This document shows, piece after piece, positions 62,990 to 64,000 of a stretch of DNA of 64,000 bases. Location: the NCBI GenBank assembly GCA_010093705.1, contig MU006089.1, positions 291,570 to 355,569 of the forward strand. The letters are read 5' to 3'. The position numbers and the translations under genes are program-made. The notes under the pieces are model-generated. The model was not told where the DNA came from, searched no databases, and saw nothing but the letters and a program-made list of their open reading frames with translations. This DNA is from Patellaria atrata CBS 101060 (lineage: Eukaryota). Within the stretch, counting starts at the first letter, position 1. Each line of letters opens with the position of its first letter.

Positions 62990-64000
62990 AGCGCCACGGC
63001 AACCACTTGCCCAGCTCCAGACGGAGGTGAGATGCATAGATACTCAATGGTTGGCTATATGCCAATTAGAGTACTGTCGAAACGGTGATGAATGGTTCAG
63101 CATGTTCAGTCATCCTGCTTCGGTAGTTGCCGATACCATCGAAAGTTCGGGATCCCGTAGTTCTACACAACGAGCGTGGAGGATAAACCTACCTGGTTGC
63201 CCGTCAAACGCCCGGATACTAGTCCCCGGTGCTCTTTTATACGGTGCGTAAGGGCGAAAATGTTCCCTCCTGAGGGTACGGACATATATTAATAGACGCG
63301 TCGGATTTGAATGAAGTTGATTCCTAAGACTGGAAACGATCATCCAACGGGGCAGACCGAGCAAGTCCTCATCAGTGAGGAGTATATATTATATCCCGTA
63401 CTAAGGACCTCATTGCTTCCCGTGGCTAGTAACATGCTGCGAATAACTATAGTCATCCAAAAAAAAAAAAACCATTAAATGTTTACTTTTACCAGTGATA
63501 AGGCCATCAGCCCGGTGATATGCCCCTTTTACGCAGAATGGTAGCTCCCCTTACGCGGTCAGGAACAACGATCCACTGGTTACTGGTATCTTTTGATACA
63601 AGATGAACCCCATATACTCCGCTTAAACCCTACCGCTGAAGAATGATACAGTAATATAGAACAAGGTTTTCCTTTCTCGTACCTAGTCCACAAACCGCCT
63701 TGGTGGATATGCCTACAATGATCGGAGATACCTTCACACATCGTTTGTACAATCAACGAGTCAAACAAGAGCGATATGTATTCTCTCCACTCTCTACTTT
63801 TTTCGTCTGTGTTTGATATGTGACCCAGCTCAATGCCGGATCCCCATTTTTCCATTATTCTTTTCAGCTCAGATCATGGCAACGGAAAAGGTGATAAGGT
63901 ACCTTACTAGAAGTATTACTGTACCGGAAGGTGCCCTCTCCCAGCTTTACGACTTCCTAAGCAGTAAAGTGACACTCTTCCGTTTGAATTGATCTCGCGT
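62990..64000 (-). pseudogene. Probable decayed SRPK/CMGC-like protein kinase relic
   Basis: Fragments in different frames, in kinase order: RDQFK, VVKLGEGTF/GTVILL (1-nt frameshift), ELGHISNTD...YISLLFDSL and YSQPL...LRLELG. Multiple stop codons. Confidence 0.4.

Noticed and set aside
1..64000. Transposons, CRISPR arrays, rRNA/tRNA genes, secondary-metabolite cluster
   Set aside because: No transposase, RT or integrase motifs, TIR/LTR pairs, repeat-spacer arrays, cloverleafs or PKS/NRPS domains were seen; genes are unrelated housekeeping and regulatory functions.

Overview
Gene-dense eukaryotic DNA from a filamentous ascomycete (Pezizomycotina): short GT-AG introns with CTRAY branch points and typical fungal gene families. 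About 21 protein-coding loci can be supported. In order: an N-terminally truncated ORF overlapping an MBD4-like HhH-GPD glycosylase ORF, a 913-aa unknown protein, an Ste20/MST3-like kinase, a 28-intron QNS1, a MARVEL protein, a C2H2 factor, PCH2, a CSC1/OSCA channel, an F-box protein, a SAM-PH (Boi-like) protein, Pro1/NosA, a 385-aa unknown protein, PRP39, GGT, SEC59, CYT1, EMC2, APL5, SERP1/RAMP4 and an INA17-like protein. A probable decayed SRPK-like kinase lies at the right edge. I found no rRNA, tRNA, CRISPR array or intact transposon. The most interesting signals are: (1) a ~215-nt highly base-paired, multi-branched element downstream of the SAM-PH gene that I cannot assign to a known RNA family; (2) a -1-frame overlap that splits the glycosylase locus (candidate recoding or weak splicing); (3) extra splice signals inside a long PRP39 intron (candidate poison exons); (4) extreme intron density in QNS1; (5) a recurrent intergenic TACAGTA motif. 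All exon boundaries were read by eye and no database searches were run.
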